A DNA stretch of 64,000 nt from Octopus vulgaris (taxonomy: Eukaryota): contig OX597818.1 of NCBI GenBank assembly GCA_951406725.2, positions 89,528,001 to 89,592,000 on the forward strand, in the 5' to 3' direction. Positions 37,941 to 52,030 of the stretch are shown one piece after another (position 1 is the first letter of the stretch; every line of letters starts with the position of its first letter). A program made the position numbers and the translations under genes. The notes under the pieces are model-generated. The model was not told where the DNA came from. It made no database searches and saw only the letters and a program-made list of their open reading frames with translations.

Positions 37941-38326
37941 TTTTACTTGTTTCAGTCAGTTGACTGTGGCCATGCTGGAGCACCACCTTTAGTCGAGCAA
38001 ATCAACCCCAGGACTTATTCTTTGTAAGCCTACTTATTCTATCGGTCTCTTTTGCCGAACTGCTAAGTTACGGGGATGTGAACACACCAGCATTGGTTGT
38101 CAATCGATGTTGGGGGGACAAACACAGACACACAAACACACATATATACATATACATATATACGACAGGTTTCTTCCAGTTTCTGTCTACCAAATCCACT
38201 CACAAGGCTTTGGTCGGCCCGAGGCTATAGTAGAAGACACTTGCCCAAGGTGCCACGCAGTGGGACTGAACCCGGAACCATGCGGTTGGTAAGCAAGCTA
38301 CTTACCACACGGCCACTCCTGCGCCT
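37941..38326 (-). mobile_element. SINE family A, full-length copy
   Basis: Matches the family-A consensus. Confidence 0.85.
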
Positions 38327-38884
38327 GTGCTTACCACACAGCCACTCTTGCGAAAAACTACATTTTCCAATGTGTTCCCCACTTCCTTTTCAACCCTTTA
38401 ACTGCAAAATTAAATTTCATAGTTATTCCAGTAATGATGTTAAACATCTACCAAAAAATAGAATTGGTATTTTCAGTAAGTCACACTTCCTCAACCTAAC
38501 AAAAAAGTAAAAAATTCTAAACATTGCAGTGTTCAACAAAAGACAGAGTAGTTATATAAATTTGCTTTCTACAGTTAAGGGTAATGATATTTTGAGTGGA
38601 TATTTGATATCTGATTTCCACCATAAAAGGGTTAAGATGTGATTTCAAGCAGATTTGGCTGCTATTTCTAGCAAATAAAGTAATAACATAAAGACCTCTC
38701 AGTAATTCGATATTCAACAATGAGATTGATAGGGCGATGTGTAATGTTCTTGTGATCACTGGGAATTTAACCTACAATGAGATTTACACGTGGAATTGGT
38801 AAACAGAGATCTATAGCCAAAGTTAAACAGAACATAACTGTAGTGCCTACAGAAAGATCAACAAATTATTGTTCTGCTATAATA

Positions 38885-39044
38885 CGAGAGGGTGCTGAAA
38901 AGTTCCTGGCTTTAAGGGCATTGCAAAAAGCCTAGTTGGAGGCCCTACCTCCCAGGTTCTGTTACAGGGCTTATATATATATGTGTATATATACATACAC
39001 ACACACACACCTATGTATGCATATATATATATAAATACACACAT

Positions 39045-39096
<52 letters not shown>

Positions 39097-39430
39097 AAAT
39101 ATTAGGGAATAAATCCAAACTTACAGGGAAAAATCAGATTTAGGATTAAATCCAATTTTATAGTATAAATATATTATATTATATATTAAATTAGAGATAA
39201 AACCACTATTAAGCAAATCAAACAATATATATATATATGAGGGAATGCTTTAAGGGTATTGCGAAAGGCCTGGCTGGAGGTCCAACCTTCCAAGTTCTCT
39301 TAGAAAAACTGAAGGGCTGCTGCAATAAGTGCATGAATCTGAGAGGAGAATATGGTGAATAAAATTATAATTAACTGATCTTCCAGTATTTTTTCCCACC
39401 CAAAACCAGGAACTTTTCAAAACCCGCTCG
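38885..39430. mobile_element. Same mariner-MITE family, interrupted by (TA)n/(CA)n and an AT-rich insert, with partial internal duplication
   Basis: TA|cgagagggtgctgaaaagttcc ... ggaacttttcaaaacccgctcg|TA. The segment gctttaaggg...ccaacct occurs twice (~38909 and ~39247). Confidence 0.7.
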
Positions 39431-41464
39431 TATTTTACTAACACCCCAGAAGCCAACTGATAGCGTTTGAAGTACACCTCCTCTCTCACGCAGTGGAATA
39501 ACACAACACAAAGTCTGTAGTTTTGATGTCTGTGGGTGTATGTTGTGAATAGGATCAAAATGAAAATAGAATTACACAATACACGTGTACCAATGGTTTA
39601 TGTGTGCATATAACTATACGCATACACAAAAAGATACATACATACATATCTGAGGGGAAGATGAGTAAGAGTGAAAGAGAGAATGTGTGAGAGAGGGCAA
39701 AGTCTGAAGTGTACAGCAAGCTTGTGTGATGTATGAGTGAATATTTGAAATTCTGTGCATATGGAATTTATGCATAGTGTGAATTATGTTTATACATTCT
39801 TTTATTCTTTTACTTGTTTCAGTCCATTGACCACAGCCATGCTGGAGCACTGTCTAAAAGTTGAAGAAATTGACCCCAGCACTTATTCTATCAGTCTCTT
39901 TTGCCGAACCACTATGTTACATAAACACACCAACATTGGTTGTCAAGCGATGGTGGGAGGACAAACACAGACACAAAGACACACATAAACATATACATAC
40001 ATACATACATATATATATGACAGGCTTCTTTCAGTTTCCATCTACCAAATCCACTCACAAGTCTTTGCTTGGCCTAAGGCTTTAATAGAAGACACTTGCC
40101 CAAGGTGACATGCTGTGGGACTGAACCCAGAACCGTGTGGCTGGGAAGCAAACTTCTTACCACACAGCCATGCTTGCATGTATATGTACAAATGTGGATG
40201 TGCATGTAGCATATATTGGATATCTTTTATCGTTTGTCCTTTACTTGTTGCAGTCATTTAACTGTGGCCTTGCTGGGGCACTGCCTTGAATTTTTAGTTG
40301 AATGAATCGACAACAGTACTTGCTTTTTAAGCCCGGTACTTATTCTGTATGTTGCTTTTGCATAATTCTGCTAAGTTATGGGGATGCAAACACACCAACG
40401 CTAGCTGTCAAGTGGTGGTGGAGGGACAAACACAGACAGAAAGACACACACACACACACACACAGAGACACACACGCACACACACACACTCACATACGAC
40501 AGTCTTCTTTCAGTTTCCAACCAAATCCACTCACAAAGCTTTGGTTGGCCTGAAGCTATATCAGAAAACACTTGTCCAAGGTGCCATGCAGTGGGACTGA
40601 ACCCAGAACCATGTGGTTGGGAAGCATGCACACAGTGCTTATTTACGCATATTTAAATGTACATTTAATCTATATGGGCATGATATATGAGTTAATTATG
40701 ATGGATGCTTGTGATTTTCATATGATGTACAATATGTATGGTGTCACTTATATTTATGTAGGAATGTTTATTTATATGTTGCGTAATGTAAACTGTATGT
40801 GTAAATGTGTGTATACTTCATAATTCACGTGTTGTTATTGTTTAGCACCAAATAAACTTTGATCAAGCAGACCTACACTGAAAAGAGGTTCCAACATAGC
40901 CATCCTGGTTTTTCTGTATACTCAGTGCTATACTGTCCTGTATAACCTTAGTGGAGGCGCAATAGCCCAGTGGTTAGGGCAGCAGCCTCGCGGTTGGGGA
41001 CCATGGTTTCGATTCCCAGACTGAGAGTTGTGTTTATTGAGCGAAAACACCTAAAAGGTCCACGATGCTCCAGCAGGGGGTGGTGGCAACCCTTGTTGTA
41101 CATTTTCACCCCAACTTTCTCTCACTCTCTCTTCCTGTCTCTTGAGTAATGCGATGGACTGGCGCCAAGTCCAGCTGGGAGGAACACATACACCACAGAA
41201 ACTGGGAAACTGGGCCCATGAGCCTGGTTAGGCTTGAAAAGGGTGACATTTATCATTTTATAACCTTCTTAAGTATGGTATGATTAGAATGAGATTTTAC
41301 TGCTCTTTCTATTCAAGTAGGTTGTGTGTGTACCCACCACATAGAAGGTTGTGGGTTGTTTTACATGTGCAGTATATATGTATTCATGAATATTTGCTCG
41401 GTGTATGTATGCAAATACGTGTGTGTGTGTAGAGAGAGAGAGAGAGGGGGTGAGAGAGATAGAT

Positions 41465-41535
<71 letters not shown>

Positions 41536-41956
41536 AACAAAAGAGTAATTAACAACTTACAGAAACACAGAAAAACACTGTATAATGCTGTTTATATTAC
41601 TACTGCTGCTGCCGCCAATGATGAAATAGAGGAGTGCCTCTTTCTCCCTGTCACTCAGTACATACATACATATATATATGCACACACACATGCACACACA
41701 CACACACACACAAACAAATATACAAATACAGGCATATATACACAAACATTTTTATATACACACTCAAAATTCCTAAGTCACTTTGTAATTTCTGGTGATT
41801 AAAAATAATATATATATATATATATACACATATGTATATATAGTTAATCCTAACATGAAAACACATACACACACACGCGCGCACACACACATATATATAT
41901 ATATCATTAACAATCATTTAATGTCTGACTTCCAGGCGGGCATGGATGATACTCTC

Positions 41957-42172
41957 TTTACTCTTTTACTTGTTTCAGTCACTTGACTGCGGCCATGCTG
42001 GAGCACCGTCTTTAATCGAGCAACTCGACCCCGGGACTTATTCTTTCGTAAGCCCAGTACTTATTCTATCGGTCTCTTTTGCCGAACCGCTAAGTAACGG
42101 GGACATAAACACACCAGCATCGATTGTCAAGCAATGCTAGGGGACAAACACAGACACACAAACACACATACA

Positions 42173-42210
<38 letters not shown>

Positions 42211-42382
42211 CATATATACGACGGACTTCTTTCAGTTTCCGCCTACCAAATCTACTCACAAGGCTTTGGTCAGCCCGAGGCTATAGTAGAAGACACTTGC
42301 TCAAGGTGCCACGCAGTGGGACTGATCCTGGAACTATGTGGTTGGTAGACAAGCTACTTACCACACAGCCACTCCTGCGCCT
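41957..42382 (-). mobile_element. SINE family A, full-length copy
   Basis: Matches the family-A consensus, CpG-retaining. Confidence 0.85.
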
Positions 42383-42630
42383 GATATATATTTGTTTTTA
42401 GTTCTATTTATTTTGTCAGTTTTACCAAAGCTCTCTCACTCTCTCTTCCCTCCTCTCGCTTTGTATACAGGGCTGGCCCTTGGGTTGCTGGCACCCAGAG
42501 CAAGCTGAACTTCCACATGTACAAGCTGATGGTCATGGAAATTTCCTTGTTTTTGTCTCGTCCACCATGGCACACCCTAGCACATAGTGCCCCAGATGAT
42601 TGCCTGAATTGCTGTTACCTTGAACCGGCC

Positions 42631-42663
<33 letters not shown>

Positions 42664-42809
42664 CGTGAGTGTGTACGTGTGTGTGTGTGTGTGTGAGTGT
42701 GTGCGTGTGTATGTATATGTATATATATATGTGTATATATCTATATGTGTGTGTATGTGTGCGTATATATATATATATATATATATATGCGACCTTCAAA
42801 ATGTGACCA

Positions 42810-42990
42810 CGTGTATACCGTTGGCGAATTTTATTTCCTCTGTCTTCCCTTCTCTGGATCTTTCCTTCTCCTATGTTTCCGACGAAGAGTTCCGCTCGAA
42901 ACGTTAAACCCTCCTTCTTTCCTGAGCGTCCAATAATACTATATTTTGTTGTGTGTTTTTTTGTGCTTTCTTGTTTGGATTAACTTTATA
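42810..42990 (+). mobile_element. Penelope-like pLTR fragment with hammerhead-like motif; second copy 43858-44035
   Basis: gttt-ccgacga-agagttccgctc-gaaacgtt-aaac (42875-42909). Flanked by (TA)n. Same family as 16745-16925. Confidence 0.6.
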
Positions 42991-43169
42991 TATATATATA
43001 AATTGATATTTATATGTATGTATATCATATATATATATATATATATGTGTGTATATATATATTATATATATTTGTATATATATATATTATCTATATATAT
43101 ATATGTATATATTATATATGTATATATAATAAAATATATATATATTATTTATACATATATATGTATGTA

Positions 43170-43212
<43 letters not shown>

Positions 43213-43263
43213 GTATATATATATCATTTCCATCCATCCATACATACATACATACTTATATAA

Positions 43264-43775
43264 TCTGTAAAAATAATGTGACAATTATTTGGTAGCCCTG
43301 ATAAAACTCTGAGTTTCGGATGTCAGGGCGAAAACCAATGCCGGCATCTCTTCAGTTATCAGGCCATCGAAAAATACGCTATGAAAATGACCGTTAAACA
43401 AAGGGAAATTACTGTGTGATTGACCGTTATTAAGATAAAAGAACTATTAGAATGACTGCTAAGTAAGGGGAGGGAGTAAAAGTAAGAAAGTAAAAATGTT
43501 CATAGTAATCGCGTAAGCGTGTGTGTCCATACATACACATGCGTGCCCGCATACCCATGTACATGTGCCTATACTTAGCGGTCATTCTAATAGCTCTTTT
43601 GTCTTAATAATGGTTAATCACACAGTAATTTCCCTTGGTTAACGGTCATTTTCATAACATTTTTTTCGATGGCCGGATAACTGAAGTGATGCCGAAGTGG
43701 ATTTCCGCCCCGACATCCGAAACCCGGAGTTCTATCATGGCTACCGAATAATTGTCACATATTATATTTACAGAT
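43264..43775. mobile_element. Long inverted-repeat element (~200-bp arms), each arm with a hammerhead-like motif
   Basis: Arms 43264-43465 and 43572-43775. Motifs at 43300-43360 (-) and 43676-43736 (+). Confidence 0.7.
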
Positions 43776-44029
43776 AAATTCCTCTATTTACATAATATCA
43801 AGGTCTCTTTCATTCTTTTGTTGTCTTGCCATTTCTATCAATATATTATATTTATCTCGTGTGTATCGTTGGCGATTTTTTTCCTCTGTCTTCCCTTCTC
43901 TGGATCTTTCCAACGAAGAGCTCCGCTCGAAACGTTAAACCCTCCTTCTTTCCTGAGCGTCCAATAATACTATATTTGTTCCATGTCCTCGCGTTGTTGT
44001 GTTTTTTTGTGCTTTCTTGTTTGGATTAA

Positions 44030-44085
44030 CTTTATATATATACATATATATATTACATATATATTGTATATGTATATATTATGTA

Positions 44086-44134
<49 letters not shown>

Positions 44135-44155
44135 TGTATATGTATATATTATGTA

Positions 44156-44201
<46 letters not shown>

Positions 44202-44300
44202 ATATGTATATATTATGTATATTTATATATATATATTATTTATATATATATATATATATATATTGTATATGTATATATTATGTATATTTATATATATATA

Positions 44301-44338
<38 letters not shown>

Positions 44339-44425
44339 TACATATTATATATATTGTATATGTATATATTATGTATATTTATATATATATATATTACATA
44401 TTATATATATTGTATATGTATATAT

Positions 44426-44464
<39 letters not shown>

Positions 44465-44578
44465 ATATATATATATAAATATATATATATATATGGGCTA
44501 TGGGCTCCGTGTGGGCAGTCATCTAAATATATATGTATGTATATATATATATGAATATATTATATATATATATATATG

Positions 44579-44630
<52 letters not shown>
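44030..44630. repeat. Compound (TA)n microsatellite/minisatellite array
   Basis: Repeated tattgtatatgtatatattatgtatatt units between (TA)n runs. Confidence 0.9.
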
Positions 44631-44637
<7 letters not shown>

Positions 44638-46177
44638 ATGTGTTTGTATGCATGTACGTATGCATATGTATACTCACACACATATATCCCCACCACTTCA
44701 TCAGTCTGACTCACTTGTTTTTACTTGGTGGTGGCCTATTTATATCAGACTTCATCAATCCATCGTCATTGTTTCACTAGGCCTTCACTTGTAGCCTCAT
44801 CCTTCTACACAATACACTCTCATTCACTCTGCTCTATTACCAGCCACGACCCCTTCCCCTAGGTCAGAGTAACTTTTATTGTCACCTACTCTTAACTTTA
44901 ATCCGCTTCTGCTGTTGCCAAATCATTCTCTACCCAGCTTCACCCAAAATAAACCAGTCACATACATCTTACTACTGCTCATTTCTTTAATGTAGCTTTC
45001 CTATTTCTTCTAATGTTACTGCCATGTCTTTTAATCCCCTCCTTGGCCATATTTAATAAATATACATACTCTACGGTCCAACCCATGCCAGCATGGAAGG
45101 TCGACATTAAATGATGATGACTAGATTACTAAGTGCAACCCTTGCTCCCTTCAACCCACTGCTGACATCACACTCCCTTTTGTTTTCCCTCTTTGGGCCA
45201 CGTCTTAGCTTACTGAGTACTCACTACATTTTCTTGGGTACAAAGCACCCCACACGTGTACTGGGATCAGGATGGAAAGCAAATAAATCATATTCTCCTC
45301 AAGAGTGATAGGTGAGTGAGAAAACCTCTCTAGTGCTGGTACTACAAAAGTGCATCTTGCACACTCTGTAAACATCGACGTCACCATTTAATGTCCTTTT
45401 TCCATGCTTGCATGGGTTGGATGAAGTTTATTTTTACAGCTGGATGTCCTTCCTTTCATCAGCCATGACCTGTTTCGAAGCAAAGCAACATACCCACCCA
45501 CCATCCCATGACCAGAATATATTCTCTCCTGAATACTAGAAATGACGTCTGCTGCTTATATGACAGCGACACTCATTTATAACTACCACATGATGTCAAG
45601 AGCAGGAGTGCCTGTGTGGTAAGCATTTTGCATCACAACCATATGGTTCCAGGTTCAGTCCCACAGCATGATACCTTGGGCGAGTGTCTTCTACAATAGC
45701 TTCAGGCACCCAAAGCCTTGTGAGTGAGTTTGGTAGATGGAAATTGAAAGAAGTTACTAGTAGACTTGACTGAGGAGAATCAAGCATGTCTTTTGGAACT
45801 AAATTCAAAATCGTGATATCAAGTTAACTGACATTCTTTCCTGCAATTTTGCAGAGGTAGGACACAATTCTTATTTCACTTAATTTTTTCGAATCATGCC
45901 TGTGAAAATATAGTGTTAATTTTTGTGGCTTTGGAGTATCTTGACTTCTATCTTTAGCAAAGCTGACATTTTAAAAAGAGCAGCCTTGTTAGGGCATCCA
46001 GCCGTAAAAACATTGCCAGATCAGACTGGGCCTGTTGCAGCCTTCTGGGTTCCCAGACCCCAGTTGAACCGTCCAACCCATGCTAGCATGGAAAGCGGAC
46101 ACTAAATGAAAAAATGATGATATATATATATATATATAACGGGAAGCTTTATGAAAATAGACAAAAGATGAAGGCAG

Positions 46178-46222
<45 letters not shown>

Positions 46223-47889
46223 AAACACTCAAACATTGAGATTTGAAATCAGATGTCACTACTGTTGATATCATCTGTGGATAAATTTTAAAATTGATGA
46301 TGTCACCAGCAGTGACATAGGTGTATCGCAGGTGCAATAGCATTTAATAGCTATGAATTATAAATTTGTACAAAGCATTAGGATGCTTAACAAGCATCCA
46401 CCTGCTAGAAATAAGAGCTAAAGTCTTAATTTTATCCACCGTACCACACCAAGATAACAGAGAAAAACAGTATGCGAGGAAATCAGAAAAGGATTAAAAC
46501 ATTTAACAGCACAAATAAAAATATTATGCAATCAAGGATATCTATATATATATATATTAGTGTTTGTGGTTGAATAAGACGTAAAAACATTCTTAGTATA
46601 GTATTATATCGTGGATTTTTCTGGCTAATATATGTAAATTTATATCACAGACTCCTCAGTATATCATGCGTTTCTGCAGCTGATAGGTATTTATATTTTT
46701 TTAGATTTAAATAAATTCTGTGGGAGGTTTTGGAATGAACATCTGCGATAGTCGAAGGATTACTGTGTATATATAGATATATAAATACAGTAAGCTTCTT
46801 TCACTTTCTGCCTAAATCCAGTTGCAAGTCTAGTACCAAAGTCAAAGACACTTCCTCACAGTGTGGCACAGTGAGACTGAACTCAGAACCATGTGCTTGG
46901 GAAGCAAACTTCTTACCATGCAGCCATACCTGCACCTCTGTCATGTAGTTGACAAATGAGTAGAGAATGTTTAGGGTTCTGACAGCCTTCATATTTAACC
47001 TTTCTAGAGATGGTGCTAAGAGCAAAACAACACCCACTAACTACGCTCTTTAAATGGTTGTCAATAGGAAAGACATCAAGCCATAAAACTCAGGCCAAGT
47101 GACATGCACAAGCACCAGTCTATGGGAGCAGATGACTGGAACTGCAACAACCTGTTCAAAACAGGCTAGCGTAGATAGGAGATATTAAATGATTTGGTGT
47201 TAGGAAGAGCATCTAGCTGTAGAAACCATACCAAAAGCAGACATTGGAGCTTGTTGGAGCCCTGCGGCTTGCCAGTTACTACCAAACTGTCCAACTCATG
47301 CCAGCATGGAAAAGTGGAAAATGAATGTTAAATGATTATAATGACGCTATGTATACAAACTCACACATATATACACACATAAATTTATATATACTCATAT
47401 GTGTATCATCATCATCATCATCAGCAGCAGCAGCAACAATTAATGTCTGTTGCCCATGCTGGCATGGGTTAGATGGTTTAACCAGGGCTGGCAAACTGAT
47501 GTGCTGCACCAGACTCCAGTCTGATTTGACATGGTTTCTATGGCTGGAGGCACATCCTAACACCAACCACTTTACAGAGTACACTAGGTGTTTTTATGTG
47601 CCACCAGCACAGGAGCCAGTTACGTGACACCAGTATCTGCCATGACTACAATATATATATATATATAAATTAGAAAAAACCCACTTTTTATCAATACAAA
47701 ATGAACAATTAAATTACACCATCTAGGAAATTACTTATAATAGAAATATTAAATATAAAATAACAATAATATACCGATGATTAAGTAATGTGCAAAATAA
47801 TAAATAAAACGTTATATATTTGGTAGAATAACATTTTCTACCTTGACTTTTTTTACATATATATCAACTTGCTTGTTCATTTTCAACCT

Positions 47890-47927
<38 letters not shown>

Positions 47928-48094
47928 TACATACAAACACATACACACATATATACATATACATACAAATGTACATAATTATATATCAACTCACGTGTTC
48001 ATTTTCAACTAACTACACACACACATATATATATACACACAAACATACACACATGCATTTATAAACTATACATAAGTAATAAGTATATATATCT

Positions 48095-48404
48095 ATATGG
48101 AAAAAAAAGACAAGGTAGAAAATGCAAAAATAATTTTATAAAAAACATTTCAATACTGGTTTCAATTATTGAGACTTTTTCAATGACCTTGAACCCACAA
48201 GAGTAAACAAGAGAGACAGAGACAGGCAGAAACAAGGAAAATGCCCTTTGTATTCGAATACTATGCAAATATTCTTTTAATTCTTCCAAAATTTAATTGT
48301 TTTCCATACTTACAGTTGAAAAAGTCTCAATGACTGAAATCAGTACTGAAATGGTTTTTTATAAAATTATTTTAGTATTTTCTACCTTGACTTTTTTCCA
48401 TATA
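48095..48404. mobile_element. Penelope-like inverted-repeat element with variant hammerhead core
   Basis: Arms ~48095-48183 and 48316-48404. cag-ttgaaaa-agtctcaatgact-gaaa-tcagta-ctg at 48313-48348. A further partial copy lies at 47830-47895. Confidence 0.55.
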
Positions 48405-50589
48405 TATCAACTCATGTGTTCCTTTCCAACCTTCTACATATATATATATATATATACACATATACATACATACAAACACACACACACACACATATATATA
48501 CATATACATACAAACACATATTTATATAGATACAAATATATATTTCCATACAAACATATAGTTCAAATTTACATAAAACAAGACATACATACAAACATAT
48601 ATACATACTTACAAACACATGCACACACACACATATATATTATTTCACACACACACAAACATACACATAGGTATTAGATGACTTATACTGATAAAATTAA
48701 TGATTCGTTTGCAGAGATTCAAAGCATCTGTCATTGGACACACTATCAAAGATAGAAGCTGAGGAACAATAACAGTCATAAAGGGTGCCTCTAGGTCAGA
48801 GGTTTCAAAACTAGAGTAAATTTACTCCCCTTTTTCCTGGAGTGCAAGGGATGATATCAATCTAGGGAGTAAATTTGATGATTTACAATTTCTAAAGTTC
48901 GTCCCAATTGTAATTTAAAAAAAAAAATCAAAACATGAGCATGATTTCAATTGCCAGATCCCTGGTCTGGTGGTACGTAAAAAGCACTATCCGACTCGTG
49001 GCCGATGCCAGCGCCGCCTCGACTGGCTTCCGTGCCGGTGGCACGTAAAATACACCAATCCGACCGTAGCCGTTTCCAGCCTCACCTGGCACCTGTGCAG
49101 GTGGCACGTAAAAAGCACCCACTACACTCATGGAGTGGTTGGCGTTAGGAAGGGCATCCAGCTGTAGAAACATTGCCAGATAAGACTGGAGCCTGGTGCA
49201 GCCTTCTGGCTTCCCAGATCCCCGGTCGAACCATCCAACCCATGCTAGCATGGAGAACGGACGTTAAATGATGATGATGATGATGATGATGATTTACCTT
49301 CCTGCCATACAAAACTAATCAAATTTTATCAGTAAACAACTAAATGTATAATATAAACTTTTAATGAGTTGCAAATAATATTGATTTCAAATTCTGACAC
49401 AAGGCCAGCAAATTTGAGGAGGGGTTAAGTTGTTTTCATTGACCCCCCCCCCACAAAGGATGAACTTGAACTCAGAATGTGTAGATGGACAAAATACCAC
49501 TAAGTATCTTGCCCAGCATGCTAACGAGTCTGTCAGCTTGCTGCCTTACAAATGAATAATATTAACATTTGCATATGTTTGATTAGGTTTAATTAGATGA
49601 GAAAAAAAAAAAAAATAGGAAAATAAAAATTAAAATAAGAAATAAGTGGAAATTTTACCAGTGAGTGTGTTACATTATAAGGCACAAAAAGAAAATGACT
49701 CTCCCTAGGCACAACAGAATATGCTTCAACACACGAACTCATATGAAGAATCTTGCAAACCAAATCCAAAAACAAAACGAGATGAGAAAAATATATATAA
49801 TTATTTCAATATATATGTAAGTATCAAGGTAAGATATATGGACTTTCTGGTTTAATTAAATAAGGTGTATAAAAAAAAAACAATTTCAATATTTATGCTA
49901 CATGTTAAGTTATAGGAATTTTAATCCATAATTTCTATAGTCTCCAGCTTGCATATCTACCACAAAGATATATATATAATGTATTAACAGTGCCTGCAAG
50001 ACTGCTTTAAGATACACGGCATATTTTAAAAATGTGACTGTTCAAGTATCATAATAGCATGAAACTATTAGTAGCCCTTTCTGTTGTGCATTTAATTTGA
50101 TACATGCATGTATGTGCATTTGTATATTGTAGGTGCTTGGCATTGAGAAATTTTGGCAAAGGTTCACAAAATTGTTTTCTTTGTCTCCAAAATACCAATT
50201 TGACCATGGCACAGTTGCCCTAAAACTATTTTTTTCCTATTCCTGATCCCTCTACCAGATGGATCAGAGTTAACTAGGGATCAGTAGAATACAAACAAAG
50301 ACACACATACCCACAGGCACATACACTATATGTATGTATGTGTGTGTGTATTACTGTTGCTTTCGATGAAAGACCTGCTGGATCAGAGCCGACCTGGGGT
50401 TAAACAACAACAACAACCAATCTTAGCCAAAAAAGGAATCATCAACGTGGTCCCTCAATCGGTTGGAAATAGCAGCCAAATCATTAATGAAATGCCTTCG
50501 ATACAAAGACCTGATGGACACTGCTGGAAAGCTTCTAAAAGACGAAGTGGTCACGTTTGGAACTCCACAAAAAAAAAGAAAAATTTTAA

Positions 50590-52030
50590 AAAACGGGTAA
50601 TTTCGCGAGAGACCACGAATGTGTAAAAATCAGACGAGTTATTTTCAATTTGGAAAATATTTCAGAACTTAAAATTCTGTTAACACCTACAATGTGACAG
50701 AGTGCGCACGTGTGCGTGTGTCTGTGTGTACACGCGCACGCGGATTGGCATTCCTAACGAATAGAGTCGGAAATTAACTAACGAGTCAAAAGCCGCAATT
50801 TTTTCGGATATGTATATTTTAAGCATCATAGATTATGAATCTGGAAACTAATTCATTTTAAATGAAGTATATGTATGTGGTGGTGGTGTTGGGGGTGTTG
50901 GGGATACCTCATCCTTCGCTTCTTTCACGTAATTTTTCCGTTTTGAATTCTCGAGAATAAAAAAAAAATTTTTTTATAGATTTACATTAGGCATATATTT
51001 GAAGATTCATACTCTGATGTTTAAAGCATAAATCGGTGCTACTTAAGAAGAGCGGTCCCGGTGCGCGCACTCGCGCAAGCTGGTCGATCCTTACTTTGTG
51101 TTTTTGTGTTTTATTTACTTTGATTTAAAAAATTATTTATTTTGTCTTTTATTTACTTTGCTAGGTAGTCGTTGTAGGATCGACTAGTCACGACTAGCTA
51201 GCGCGGATGCGCGAGTGCGCGCACCGGGACCACTCTTCTTAAGTAGTACCCATAAATCTGTAAAACAATTTTGAAGAGTAAGTGAAAATTGAAAAATTAA
51301 AGAAAAGCAGAGATACATCATCTACGATGATTAAGATAGACACAACAAAAGAAATTACAGTTTTTCGCACGCTCTAATCAATAGGAACAGTGCGCGCGCG
51401 TGTGTGTGTGTGTGTGTGTGTGAGTGCGCACCGTGAGAGAAAGCGAAGGACAGAGGGAGAAAAAGCGGAGGAAAGTTACAGTTGAGAACACTGATAAGCA
51501 AAACTGCGGCCAGCAGGATTTTCTGACTGGTAAGTCTAACGAAAATTTACCTTGAATTTTTTTTAGTAGTGCGGACCGCCCGATGATGAACCAAGTCTCA
51601 TGCGATTGTTCACGCCTGGTTTAGAACGAAGTTGAAAATGTTTTGCCAACAAACACAATGTCAAATCCGTTAAATACTGAAAGTGAAGGACTCCAGAGAT
51701 ATCCAGTCACACGCACAACACAAACACACATAAGCACAAGCACACACACCAGTTAGTCAGCACCACAGAAGGTAACTCTGTATACCTAAGTTATACCGTG
51801 TCGACGGTTCTATACAGGAAAATCATTGTGTCCCAAGATTAGACGTCGTAAACAAAATGAAATAATAAATTTTACGGTAATCCTTCGGTATTGGTACACA
51901 GCATCATTCACCCGCACAACCTTTCCTGATTACATAAACAGGCTAGTCGGAAAATTGGGGGAATGACGTCGTCTCCTCATACCGACACTCTGCAGGCCAA
52001 TACCGAAAGACCGCCAATTTTTGTGGATCA
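50590..52030. promoter_or_regulatory. CpG-rich, repeat-poor promoter-like island; candidate SLC26 5' non-coding exon ending at 51551 (-)
   Basis: Abrupt CpG enrichment against a CpG-poor background. Minus-strand donor CAAG|GTAAAT at 51550. Coding exon 1 requires an upstream UTR exon. Confidence 0.5.
51035..51250. mobile_element. GG...CC-ended MITE with 8-bp TSD (Merlin-like)
   Basis: 43-bp TIRs ggtgctacttaagaagagcggtcccggtgcgcgcactcgcgca with 2 mismatches. Perfect TSD cataaatc at 51027-51034 and 51251-51258. Confidence 0.8.

Noticed and set aside
43983-44794. Long Ile/Tyr ORFs (up to 265 aa)
   Set aside because: Translations of (TA)n arrays.
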